The translations under genes were made by a program, and so were the position numbers. A stretch of 64,000 bases of DNA from assembly GCA_950097015.1 (NCBI GenBank), contig CATNEN010000007.1, positions 11,966,001-12,030,000 on the forward strand, in the 5' to 3' direction. This DNA is from Macrostomum hystrix (lineage: Eukaryota; Animalia; Platyhelminthes). Positions 24,601 through 37,700 of this stretch are shown in pieces. Below the pieces are notes generated by a model that searched no databases, was not told where the DNA came from, and was given only the letters and a program-made list of their open reading frames with translations. Within the stretch, counting starts at the first letter, position 1. Every line of letters begins with the position of its first letter.

Positions 24601-25306
24601 TGCTCTCGCACAGCATGATCGTGTCGTCGAGGGTGTGGCCGAACTTCGTGATGTCAATATCTGGCGGCATGTTCTCATAGTAGCCCTTGGTCTCGAAGAT
24701 GGTGCTCAGCGCGTCCTTGATGGTCTGGTTGAAGGTCTTATTAAAGGCGGCCATGTTCATCATGGTGTTCACGAAGGTCTGGGTCATGCGCAGGCTGAAC
24801 TCCTTCGGCAGCAGCAGTCGGTGCTGGCTGATGTACTCGATGCCCCGCTGGGACAGCGGCCGCGTGTTGCAAACGGTGAAGGACGGGAACTGCACAGGGA
24901 ATTTTCTGATGGTCTTCGGCTGGTGAATCACATCGAAGGCCAGGTACTGCTTGATGATGAGGCCCAGGCAGGTGAGGCAACCCAGAAAGAAGGCCAGCAC
25001 GAAGGTGGCCCAGATGCTCTTCAGCAGCTTCTCCTTGGTCTTCACTACTTTCGGTACACCGCGAAGGGACGTGGTTTGGCAGTACTTGATGAGGCTGATG
25101 CGCACGACCTCCAGGAAGCTGAGCGGCTTTGGTGCGATGGCGCCGCCTTCTCGCAGGGCCATGTGCTGCTGCTGCTGATGCTGATGCTGCGTTCCTAGCA
25201 GGTCCCGCAGCTCGCTCGGGCTGCCTGGCTGGTCCCTGGCAGACAGTGACGGCCGCCCCGGCTCTCTGCCCGCGCCGTCGGTGGCGAAGGCGCGCATCTC
25301 CAGCAT
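21603..25306 (-). CDS. DEG/ENaC/ASIC-family amiloride-sensitive channel subunit, exons 25306-24170 and 22418-21603 (about 650 aa; the 5' end is uncertain and the frame is open to about 25600)
   Basis: TTSLRG followed by TM1 (IWATFVLAFFLGCL), FPSFTVCN, NCYTF, GLRVQLH, HGRC, YSYQACKKK|FLHEQIYSKCGC, CFTPC and TM2 SLLSQIGGLLSIWVGLTFVCIVEIIE. Phase-0 GT-AG intron at 24169-22419. Confidence 0.92.
23475..24100. repeat. Compound intronic repeat: 20 bp pyrimidine-rich unit (TCTCCCACCTCTCTCCCCTA, about 23587-23935) preceded by degenerate inverted copies (about 23475-23580), then a 15 bp unit (CCTCAAAATCTCACC, about 23980-24100)
   Basis: Seen directly inside the ENaC intron. Confidence 0.9.
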
Positions 25307-27048
25307 GTCGGCCGCCGGGATGTCCGGCTCGCCGAGTAGGTCCGCTGCCTCCGCCTCAGAGCGCCGGACCCAGGGATTCGGGTAGACACTGGCGGCGGTT
25401 CCGGAGTCAGCCGCCGCTGAGATTGGTGAGCAGTCCCTGCGCAGACCGTTGGCCCGATCGTTGCCGCTCCGAGGCGCGTCTCGGCGTGAAGTTGAGCCTG
25501 CCGAGAGGAGGATTAGTGGGCCGCTTGTAACAGACAAGCAGTTTTCCAGCTGGGTTGCAGCCGGGACATTTATCCCAGCTCGGCCACCCACCACCCCGGA
25601 ACTGTTGATTCAGACCGCAGGGACTGGCGGCCCCCAATTTCTGTTCTGCCCCCTCCGGATCCCAAGTGTGAACTCCTTGTTCCACTTTCACCCCCGCCAG
25701 TGAGTGCGGAGTGCTTGCTGCCCCGTAAGCTGCTCTGCTCAAGTCCCCAGCTCCACCTGCTTGATTTTCTCCAGCCAACGAGGAAGGAGAAGTGGAACTC
25801 AGGAGTCCGGCCCGCCCGTCTCCCGCCTCCCGTTTCCTGCAAGATTAAAAATCAATATTTGACCATCGCCGCATGACTCTTCTCTGCTTTCAGGGCCTCG
25901 CGAGCTGCGGGCTGTCTTTTTCAGCTCCTGCTTGGCCCCCAATGTCCTGCAGGCTGTGGACATCGCCGAGCCCCGAGCCGCCTGCAATTAAATGGAAACT
26001 GGCCCGCACTCTCCCATGCCCAGATACCGCGGCGAATCTGCCAGCTGCCGCAGACTTTCGGCAGCTGTCAATCAATAGCAAGAATCGATTCAGTTTTCTC
26101 TTTGAGAATTTCTCTCGATTCCTTTGTGCCTTGCCGTTTTTTCTCGGCCTCCGCCCTCTGCTTTGTCAGGCCGGTTTAAAGGGCCGGCTAAAATCGCTCA
26201 GCCTTTTCAGCTGACTGCCGGGCCCGGCCCAGCTCGATAAAGAGGAAATGAGCTGCCAGCTTTGTTTGGCCATTTCTCCGTCTGCTCAGCTAAGCCCCCA
26301 CGCCAGCCGCCCGTGCCTCTTGTTTGCTTTTGTACAATCCCACAGCGAATGCAGCGCTTCCGCCATTCCGCGGCCTTCGCTCAAAGTGCCTGCCGGTCCT
26401 GTGCTTCACAATGGCCTGCTGGCGACTCACGACTGTCGGCGGACATGCTGGCATCGTCAAGCATTCGGTACCGCTGCAGCCTCTTGGTAATGCTGGCGGC
26501 GTGCTGCTGCTGCTGCTGCTGCTGCCTGCTGCGCGCTGTGCCGCTGCTTGCCATTCGCACAAGTGGCTAAGTCGCTGCCAGAGTCACTGGTGGAGCGCTG
26601 TCTGGGGTCGCATGTCGGCCATAGCAGCGCTGAATCCGCTTGCCCGGCTGTCAGGCTCCAATGGCAACTTTCAGATCATTGCGGGCGCACATTTGTTAGC
26701 AAATTACACCCCCCTCTCAAAACAATTTATTGGGATCTTTTCTGAGCGCTCTGTGGTTGGTCAGGCAAGCTGCCCAATGCGGCCTGTCACCCACCTGTCC
26801 CACCCCCTGGAAAACTCCTGCGAATGCGGAGAAAGAAAACGGACGGCCAGACCAGCCACCCAGTGTTTGCTCAAGCACTGCTCAGGCCCCTCCCCTGGCC
26901 GAGAGCGCACAGATTTTCACACTTTCCCAAATCGCGACTGTCGGCGGCGGCCACTCGAGGCTTCGCTACGCGAGGGAAATATTTACTGAGCAGGCTGAAT
27001 TGCCAGGGCGAGCTCGGGACAGTGATCTCATTGTGGGATGCGGGCAGC

Positions 27049-27374
27049 CTGAGCTGACTGGGGGTGAGTGTCTGGATGAGCTGGCCTGACTGGGGGTGAG
27101 TGTCTGGATGAGCTGGCCTGACTGGGGGTGAGTGTCTGGATGAGCTGGCCTGACTGGGGGTGAGTGTCTGGATGAGCTGGCCTGACTGGGGGTGAGTGTC
27201 TGGATGAGCTGGCCTGACTGGGGGTGAGTGTCTGGATGAGCTGGCCTGACTGGGGGTGAGTGTCTGGATGAGCTGGCCTGACTGGGGGTGAGTGTCTGGA
27301 TGAGCTGGCCTGACTGGGGGTGAGTGTCTGGATGAGCTGGCCTGACTGGGGGTGAGTGTCTGGATGAGCTGGCC
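27049..27374. repeat. 32 bp minisatellite (CTGACTGGGGGTGAGTGTCTGGATGAGCTGGC), about 10 perfect copies
   Basis: Tandem unit seen directly. Confidence 0.96.
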
Positions 27375-27733
27375 AATTTCTAGTCTGCAGACATACACAA
27401 TTGGATTGAAAAGTGTCCGAATCGATTGGACTGTCGCAGTCTGAGCCACAGTCAAAGAAGCTGTTAATCGCATCAATCTAGCCTGCTGTCAGAATTGAAT
27501 GCAAAATGTTTGAACTGAGGGCAAGTTGTTTTTCTACAGACTGCACTTCAGACCGAGCGCTGCCATAAACTGTTTGAAGTAAATGAAAATAGAGCGAAAA
27601 TAGAAATAGAAAATTTAAACTAAATAGAGAGATAAAATGCGTTCGCGATGTCATGGCGCTGCCCGAGTATTTGCTTTTGCACCAAAGACAGCAGCTTGTT
27701 CTGGACTGATCAATTGACTAGATATTAATTTGC

Positions 27734-27804
27734 ATGGGCGTGTCAGTTGTGGCATCTGTTCTCCTGACTCTTTCACTGCTACTTGGGAATCCGCGGTGCA
27801 AGGA

Positions 27805-27862
<58 letters not shown>

Positions 27863-30094
27863 TCGGCAACTGCGCAGGCTCCAGGGAAACCATTGTTATC
27901 ATCATCGACAGCGGCGGCATCCGGAGCGGCGGCAGCAGTAGCAGCGGCACCAGCAACTGTGCTAGCAGCAAGTGAAGCAGCGGCAGCACCGGTGTTCACT
28001 CCCAGCCTGGAGGCACTGTCGGAGGCTCGCCAAGTCTGCGGCGCAGATGACGAGCAGCGCGTTCGGGCGGTCCAGACCGCTCGTGCATCGTGCGACGCCG
28101 TTTTTGACATCCTGAAGGACGGCAGCGCGGAGCGCGTGCCAGTGTCCCGCCTGCTCGGCGTCATGGAGTCGGCTGGCATCCAGCACAACGACCCTCGGCT
28201 CCGGGAGTGCATGGCTGTCCTCCGCGACCGGCAGAAGCGGGCAGTCAAGAGCGACCAGGAGGCGCGAGACTCGTTCTTCCTGGACCGCGCCGCCTTCGCC
28301 GAGGTGACGCGTTCGTGCATCTTCCTGCTCCTGACGGTGCTTCGAAAGGACTTTGTCGTTCCGGAGTTCCAGGAGTTCATCGCCGAGCTGACGGTCATCT
28401 TCGAGCGTTGCCGGGCGAACACGGACGGCCGTGTCGCGTCCTCCATCCCGCAGCTGGCGCGGGCCGACCCTGCCAAATGGGGCGCCGCAGTCTGCACCGT
28501 CAGCGGCCAGCGGATCGGTCTGGGCGATAATCAGGCAAGTCAGCAAGAGTGCTAGGAGTAGAGGTTGGGTGAGAGGAGTAGTGACGGTGGGTGAAGAACT
28601 TGCCTCCCCTGCCACTGTCAGTCATGCCCAGATATGTCAGGCCTGTGCGCCATAGCTGTACTATATTGGAAAGGCACTCGAGTCTGGCAGTCCAGCATCT
28701 CGCTCCAGTGCTCACCCACGAGTGCACATCTGCGCATCAATCTCACGAACTCAGACAGTGAAGCCAAGCTTGCTTGGGAGAAAGGAGTTAGGGGAAAGAT
28801 TAGCATCGGATTCGAATACGGGACCTTTGATCCGCCGCCTCCACCACCACAGGTGCCGTTCTGCCTGCAGTCGGTCAGCAAGCCGCTGAACTACGCCCTG
28901 GCCATGACTGAAATCGGCTCCGACCGGGTGCACGACTTCGTCGGCTACGAGCCCTCGGGCATCAGCTACAACTCCATCGCGCTCAACTCTGAGAACAAGC
29001 CGCATAATCCCATGATCAACAGCGGCGCCATCATCGTCTGCAGCCTCCTGGCGCGTGGCCGCCAGCTGGCTGACAGGTTCGACTTCATCCTCGAGCAGTA
29101 CCTGCGGATGTCCGCCGGCGAGCGGCTCAGCTTCTCAAACTCCACCTTCCTGTCCGAGCGGGAGGCCTCCGACAGGAACTCCGCTATCAGCTACTACATG
29201 CGCGAGAACGGCTGCTTCCCGCCAGACACCGACCTCAGGGAGACCCTCGACTTCTACCTGCAGCTCTGCTGCCTGGAGGCCACTTGCGACTCCGCCGCTG
29301 TCATCGCGGCCACCCTGGCCAACGGCGGCGTCTGCCCGCTGACCGGGGACCCAGTGCTGACCACCGAAGCCGTCCGGGACACCCTGTCCCTCATGCACAG
29401 CTGCGGTATGTACGACTACAGCGGGCAGTTCGCCTTCAAGTGCGGCCTGCCGGCCAAGTCGGGCATCTCCGGCGTCATCCTGCTGGTCATCCCCGGCCTC
29501 ATGGGTATCGCCCTGTGGTCACCGCCGCTGGACCGGCAGGGCAACTCCAGCCGCGGCATCCAGTTCTGCCGGGAGCTGGTGACCCGCTTCAACCTGCACA
29601 AATTCGCCTCCGACGCCAATAGCTCCAGGGCGGACCGGCTTGACTGCCGGCGGCCGCTGACCGAGACGCAGCAAGCCGAGATCGTCGGCCTGATGTACGC
29701 CGCCAGCAACAACGATGTCGTGGGCTTGCGTGGCGCCTTCTTGAAGGGCCAGGCCATGGACCAGGCGGACTATGACAGCAGGACGGCGCTGCACGTCGCT
29801 GCCGCCGAGGGCCACGTCGACGCCGTGCAGTTCCTGCTGAGCAGGTGCGGCGTGGCCCACGATCCGCGCGACCGTTGGGGCTTCACCCCGCTGGACGACG
29901 CCGAGAGGTTCGGCCGCGTCGAGGTGGCGCAGCTGCTTCGAGCGGCGCAGACCAAGCGAATGAAGGAAGCGGTGGCGGCTCCCTTGGCGACGCCCGGATC
30001 GAAGTCCCCGGTGGCAGCGTCGTCATCGTCAGCATCTGTGATTGTGGTCACGGAGGCTCCGCCGCATTCGATTGAGTTGCCGCAGCGAATTTAA
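27734..30094 (+). CDS. GLS: Glutaminase (GLS, kidney-type-like with C-terminal ankyrin repeats), exons 27734?-28534 and 28853-30094
   Basis: GRVASSIPQLAR, CTVSGQR..GDNQ|VPFCLQSVSKP (catalytic SxxK), VGYEPSG, PHNPMINSGAI, SCGMYDYSGQFAF, PAKSGISG, and ankyrin-like DYDSRTALHVAAAEGH and DRWGFTPLDDA. The start codon is uncertain. Confidence 0.94.
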
Positions 30095-33000
30095 TTGCAG
30101 AGCGCGAGTCGCACTACTTGTTTTTTATAACTTGGTCAGTTTTCATTCCAGAATTGAATTCTTCGTTAGACAATAAAGTCCTGCACACAATTTGAAGGCA
30201 TTGCTTTACTTCACTCACACTCCCAGGACCTCTCAGGTTCTTAACTTACTAATTGACCTGACTGCAGGGCGGTCTGAAGACGCAGCGAGGAGGCGGAAGT
30301 CGCCTCTTCACTAATTCCTTAATGACATGTCGGGTTCACTAATCTCTTAATGACATCTCGTGTTCACTAATCCCTAATGACATCCGGGGTTCACTAATCC
30401 ATTAATGACATCCCGGGTTCACTAATCCCTAATTACATCCCGGGGTCACTAATCCCTTAATGACATCCCGGGTTCACTAATCCCTAATGACATCCCGGGT
30501 TCACTAATCCCTAATGACATCCCGGGTTCACTAATCCTTAATGACATTCCGGGTTCACTAATCCCTAATGACATCCCGGGTTCACTAATCCTTAATGACA
30601 TCCCGGGTTCACTAATCCCTTAATGACATCCCGGGTTCACTAATCCTTAATGACATCTTGGGTTCACTAATCCATTAATGACATCTTGGGTTCACTAATC
30701 TCTTAATGACATCTCGGGTTCACTAATCCTTAATGACATCTCGGGTTCACAGTCTCTTAACGACATCTCGGGTTCACTAATCTCTTAATGACATCTCGGG
30801 TTCACTAATCCCTTAATGACATCCCGGGTTCACTAATCCTTAATGACATCTTGGGTTCACAAATCCTTAATGACATCCCGGGTTCACTAATCCCTTAATG
30901 ACATCCCGGGTTCACTAATCCTTAATGACATCTTGGGTTCACTAATCCATTAATGACATCTTGGGTTCACTAATCTCTTAATGACATCTCGGGTTCACTA
31001 ATCCTTAGTGACATCTCGGGTTCACTAATCTCTTAATGACATCTTGGGTTCACTAATCCTTAATGACATCCCGGGTTCACTAATCCCTAATGACATCCAG
31101 GGTTCACTAATCCTTAATGACATCCCGGGTTCACTAATCCCTAATGACATCTTGGGTTCACTAATCCCTTAATGACATCCAGGGTTCACTAATCTCTTAA
31201 TGACATCCCGGGTTCACTAATCCTTAATGACATCCCGGGTTCACTAATCCCTAATGACATCTTGGGTTCACTAATCCCTTAATGACATCCAGGGTTCACT
31301 AATCTCTTAATGACATCCCGGGTTCACTAATCCTTAATGACATCCCGGGTTCACTAATCCCTAATGACATCTTGGGTTCACTAATCCCTTAATGACATCC
31401 AGGGTTCACTAATCTCTTAATGACATCTCGGGTTCACTAATCCTTAATGACATCCCGGGGTCACTAATCCCTTAATGACATCCCGGGTTCACTAATCCCT
31501 AATGACATCCCTGGTTCACTAATCCCTAATGACATCCCGGGTTCACTAATCCTTAATGACATCCCGGGTTCACTAATCCCTTAATGACATCCCGGGTTCA
31601 CTAATCCTTAATGACATCTTGGGTTCACTAATCCATTAATGACATCTTGGGTTCACTAATCTCTTAATGACATCTCGGGTTCACTAATCCCTTAATGACA
31701 TCCCGGGTTCACTAATCCTTAATGACATCTTGGGTTCACTAATCCTTAATGACATCCCGGGTTCACTAATCCCTTAATGACATCCCGGGTTCACTAATCC
31801 TTAATGACATCTTGGGTTCACTAATCCATTAATGACATCTTGGGTTCACTAATCTCTAAATGACATCTCAGGTTCACTAATCCTTAGTGACATCTCGGGT
31901 TCACTAATCTCTTAATGACATCTTGGGTTCACTAATCCTTAATGACATCCCGGGTTCACTAATCCCTAATGACATCCAGGGTTCACTAATCCTTAATGAC
32001 ATCCCGGGTTCACTAATCCCTAATGACATCTTGGGTTCACTAATCCCTTAATGACATCCAGGGTTCACTAATCTCTTAATGACATCCCGGGTTCACTAAT
32101 CCTTAATGACATCCCGGGTTCACTAATCCCTAATGACATCTTGGGTTCACTAATCCCTTAATGACATCCAGGGTTCACTAATCTCTTAATGACATCTTGG
32201 GTTCACTAATCCTTAATGACATCCCGGGTTCACTAATCCCTAATGACATCTTGGGTTCACTAATCCCTAATGACATCCAGGGTTCACTAATCCTTAATGA
32301 CATCCCGGGTTCACTAATCCCTAATGACATCTCGGGTTCACTAATCCTTAATGACATCCCGGGTTCACTAATCCCTAATGACATCCAGGGTTCACTAATC
32401 CTTAATGACATCCCGGGTTCACTAATCCCTAATGACATCTTGGGTTCACTAATCCCTTAATGACATCCAGGGTTCACTAATCTCTTAATGACATCCCGGG
32501 TTCACTAATCCCTAATGACATCTTGGGTTCACTAATCCCTTAATGACATCCAGGGTTCACTAATCTCTTAATGACATCTCGGGTTCACTAATCCTTAATG
32601 ACATCCCGGGTTCACTAATCCCTAATGACATCTTGGGTTCACTAATCCCTAATGACATCCAGGGTTCACTAATCCTTAATGACATCCCGGGTTCACTAAT
32701 CCCTAATGACATCTTGGGTTCACTAATCCCTTAATGACATCCAGGTTTCACTAATCCTTAATGACATCTTGGGTTCACTAATCCCTAATGACATCTTGGG
32801 TTCACTAATCCCTTAATGACATCCAGGGTTCACTAATCCTTAATGACATCTTGGGTTCACTAATCTCTTAATGACATCTCGGGTTCACTAATCCCTAATG
32901 ACATCTCGGGTTCACTAATCTCTTAATGACATCTCGGGTTCACTAATCTCTTAATGACATCTCGGGTTCACTAATCCCTTAATGACATCTCATGTTCACT

Positions 33001-34488
33001 AATCCCTTAATGATCTCGCGGATTCCATAATCCCTTAATGACATCTCATGTTCACTAATCTCTAAATGACATCTCAGGTTCACTAATCCTTAGTGACATC
33101 TCGGGTTCACTAATCTCTTAATGACATCTTGGGTTCACTAATCCTTAATGACATCCCGGGTTCACTAATCCCTAATGACATCCAGGGTTCACTAATCCTT
33201 AATGACATCCCGGGTTCACTAATCCCTAATGACATCTTGGGTTCACTAATCCCTTAATGACATCCAGGGTTCACTAATCTCTTAATGACATCCCGGGTTC
33301 ACTAATCCTTAATGACATCCCGGGTTCACTAATCCCTAATGACATCTTGGGTTCACTAATCCCTTAATGACATCCAGGGTTCACTAATCTCTTAATGACA
33401 TCTTGGGTTCACTAATCCTTAATGACATCCCGGGTTCACTAATCCCTAATGACATCTTGGGTTCACTAATCCCTAATGACATCCAGGGTTCACTAATCCT
33501 TAATGACATCCCGGGTTCACTAATCCCTAATGACATCTCGGGTTCACTAATCCTTAATGACATCCCGGGTTCACTAATCCCTAATGACATCCAGGGTTCA
33601 CTAATCCTTAATGACATCCCGGGTTCACTAATCCCTAATGACATCTTGGGTTCACTAATCCCTTAATGACATCCAGGGTTCACTAATCTCTTAATGACAT
33701 CCCGGGTTCACTAATCCCTAATGACATCTTGGGTTCACTAATCCCTTAATGACATCCAGGGTTCACTAATCTCTTAATGACATCTCGGGTTCACTAATCC
33801 TTAATGACATCCCGGGTTCACTAATCCCTAATGACATCTTGGGTTCACTAATCCCTAATGACATCCAGGGTTCACTAATCCTTAATGACATCCCGGGTTC
33901 ACTAATCCCTAATGACATCTTGGGTTCACTAATCCCTTAATGACATCCAGGTTTCACTAATCCTTAATGACATCTTGGGTTCACTAATCCCTAATGACAT
34001 CTTGGGTTCACTAATCCCTTAATGACATCCAGGGTTCACTAATCCTTAATGACATCTTGGGTTCACTAATCTCTTAATGACATCTCGGGTTCACTAATCC
34101 CTAATGACATCTCGGGTTCACTAATCTCTTAATGACATCTCGGGTTCACTAATCTCTTAATGACATCTCGGGTTCACTAATCCCTTAATGACATCTCATG
34201 TTCACTAATCCCTTAATGATCTCGCGGATTCCATAATCCCTTAATGACATCTCATGTTCACTAATCCCTTAATGACATCTCGGGTTCACTAATCTCTTAA
34301 TGACATCTCGAGTTCACTAATCCATTAATGACATCCCGGTTTCACTAATCTCCTAATGACATCTCGGGTTCACTAATCTCTTAATGACATATTGGGTTCA
34401 CTAATCTCTTAATGACATCCCGGGTTCACTAATCCTTAATGACATCCCGGGTTCACTAATCTCTTAATGACATCTTGGGTTCACTAAT

Positions 34489-34778
34489 TGTCAAGCCGTG
34501 CTCAGGAGTATAAGGCAAGACTGCCCCGTAGGCTTGGTTTGGGTTAGTAGCGAATTTAGTTTATTAGTCACGATGTTTCACGATACACTTGCATATATAT
34601 ATAAGTAGACGAGTCAACAAGGCTTAAAAGTCAACAGGTGTTGAGTACATCATTAATCAATATTCAGGCTGCGTACATTGGGTCAGAGTGCGGTTGGCGC
34701 GCAGGCCTGCAGATCTACCACAGTTCACTTGCTTAACACAGTTCACGGTTCATTCACGGCTCAAACCCCGGCACGTCA
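34489..34778 (-). repeat. 3' LTR (290 bp)
   Basis: Appears identical by eye to 38620-38909. Carries TATATATATA and AATAAA on the - strand. Confidence 0.95.
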
Positions 34779-37700
34779 TCTCCCCCCTTCGAACCGCTCG
34801 GGCGGCACGCCCCGATTCGCACGGAGGTTGTAGCTCGGTCTCTGGGGAGTCGCGGCCGGTGACGGCACTCTGCCACTGGCCGCTGGCGGCGGATCTGCGG
34901 TCTCCCCTGGCGCGCTTGCCTGGGTCAAGGACGCAGGCATGTTTTCATGTCGCGCTTCAGGCAAGTCGGCGGGTCTCGGAGCAACTTCGTGGCTGACTGC
35001 GGCTGTCGCAACGTCTCCATTGCCGCCGGCTTCGTGCCGACGCAGTTGGTCTAGGTGGGCGAGCGTGACCCGGTCACCCTGTCGCATGATCAGCGCCGTG
35101 TTGGACCCTTTCTGCGCCAGGAACTCCGCCTTCTCCGGTGTGGCACTCGGCGTTGGAGCGTACCAGACCTCAGAGCGGATCGCTGTCTTCATGGTGATGG
35201 GGTTTCGCAGCTGCCTTCCCATTAGTTGCGCCGGGCTGAACTCCCTTCCGGCGTGCGGTACACATCGGTAGTTCAGTAGGATCCGTGCCAGGAACGCGTC
35301 GTACGGCTCCTGCTGATCCCAGCCCGCCGAGGCCACCTTGATTGTCTGCACCATTCGCTCGGCCAGGCCGTTGGACTGGGGATGATATGGTGGGGTTTTC
35401 ACAGCGCGGCAGCCGATTCTGTGCAGCCAGCTCACCAACCCCTCATCATGGAACTCTGCAGCATTGTCACTCACCAGGGTTCTCGGCACTCCGTTGCGGG
35501 CGAAGACCTCCTGGAGGACCCGCCTGACGGTGGCGGCGCTCTTGTCGGGCACTCGGATAGCCTCCGGCCAGGCAGACATGGCGTCGACCAGGATCAGCAG
35601 GAGCCCGACCTTCGGAACGTGAGCGTGGTCCATGTGCACGCGCCCCCAAGGCTCAGACTCGGCGGGCCATTGGTGGACACTGCTGTGACTACTTTGACGT
35701 TGCTTTGCGCAGGTGTGGCAGGCACGGACGAATCCTTCGACGTCACCGCAGTAGCCTGGCCACCAGACGGAGTTGCGGACCAGCGCTCGAGTGCTCGTGG
35801 CGCCCGGATGCGCCCCGCTGTGCACCAATTCCAGGACGCGACTGCGTAGTGAAGCAGGAATGACCGGGCGATCGCCGTAGCACACCACCGAGCCGTCTAG
35901 AGTGAGCGCATGTCGAATTGCTTTGAATTGCCGTTCCGCAGGCGAGCAACCCGACCAACGGTTTCCAGCTATCCTTCGAGTGATGTCCGCTAGCAGTCTA
36001 TCGCGCTTTGTCTCCTCTGCCAGCTCAGTCCAGCCGATGACGCTTTCACCGGCCCAATGCACCAGGTGTTGCTGGGGTGCCGCCTCATATGGATCGTCCG
36101 GGACGTCAGCGAAGTCAAGACGAGACAACGCATCGGCGTGCGGGATGTCGACTCCGCGGGCGTACTCAATAGCGAAGTCAAATCCCATGAGGCGGATCGC
36201 CCAGCGCAGGATGCGGGCATTGGCGACTTTAGGGAGCTGCTGCCGTGCCCCGAACAGAAACTCGAGAGGGCGGTGGTCGGTTCGCAGAGTGAAGCGCTTG
36301 CCCAGTAGGAACTGACGGGACCTCTCCATTGACCACACAATCGCCAGCGCCTCCCGTTCGATGTTGGAGTAGCGTGTCTCTGCCTCCGTCAACCGCCTGC
36401 TGAAGTAGATGACGGGATGACCTTCTTGCGTGAGCACGCCGGCCACCGCCTTCTCACTGGCGTCGGTCGTGAGCGTTGTTTCCTTTGTCCGGTCGTATGG
36501 CTGGATGATCGGGCTGGAGCTCAGGAGCTTCTTTAGCTGGTGGAAGGCCGCTTCCTGTGCAGTTGTCCAAGTGAACTCCACTCCCTTCTTGCGCAGCTGG
36601 TTCAGGGGCTCGACGATGTGCGCATAATTGTTGACGAACCTTCCGAAGAAATTGCAGAGGCCGAGGAAGGACTCCAACTGGCGACGGTCGCGTGGTGCAG
36701 TGATTTCTTTGATCTTGCTGACCAGTCCAGGGTCCGGAGAGATTCCTTCTGCACCGATTCTGTAGCCGAGGAACTTGACGCTCTTGGCGCCCAAGTTGGA
36801 CTTGGCGAGATTTATGTTCATTCCGGCTGCCTGGAGGATCTTAATTACTTCATCGACTTTGGCTTTGAGATCTTCGCTGGAGCGACCTCCGAGCAGAATA
36901 TCGTCTTGATAGATGACCTTGCCGTTCACCTCCTCAAGGGTAGTCTCCATGGCCTTTTGAAAGATGGATGGCGGATGCTGACTTGAGGCCCGGCACGAGT
37001 CGGGTGTAGCGAAACAGACCGAGTGGGGTCGCAATCGTAGTGACTTCCCTGCTCTTCTCCTCGAGTTCAATCTGTAGATACGCGTCAGATAGGTCGAGGG
37101 TCGCGAAGTCAGTCATTCCGGCAACATCCGAGAAGATGGTCTCGACGGTTGGCATTGGATAGGTGTCTCCGCACACTTGATGATTGACCCCCCGCCTTGT
37201 AATCGGCACAAATTCTGATGTTGCCGTTGGGTTTGAGGACGCAGACGATTGGTGACGCCCACTCGCTACCGCCTTCGGTCACTGGTTCAATTATTCCTTC
37301 AGCCTGGAGGCGCTTCAGCTCTTGGTTGACGCGGTCGCGCAGGTGCAGCGGCACCGCTCTGGCTGCGCAGTAGAATGGCTTGGCACCTTCGATCAGCTTG
37401 ATTCTGGCTTGGAAACCCTTCAGGCAATTGAGGTGCTGTACTGCAGTGCCTTGGCCACCGACTGTCTGCCTCTCAGAGTTCCAATCCAGGTTGTCGAGGC
37501 CCAACAGCCCGTGTGACTTGTGTGCTGCAGTGACAACCAAGTCGACAGTGCGAAACTTGTCTTTATCATTCCACGTTGCTGTGAACTCGCCCAGGGTCTT
37601 GATTATTGATCCATCAAATTGCCTCAGGATTCGCTTGGACTTCCTCAGCGCTGGACGCCCGAGCATCTCCCAGTGGCCCCTGGGAATGAGGCTTACGTCG

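Noticed and set aside
21366-25198. + strand ORFs of 329 aa and 314 aa
   Set aside because: Antisense shadows of the GC3-rich ENaC exons.
28634-28852. N-terminal extension of the 486 aa glutaminase ORF
   Set aside because: Intronic; homology resumes only at the acceptor (VPFCLQS).
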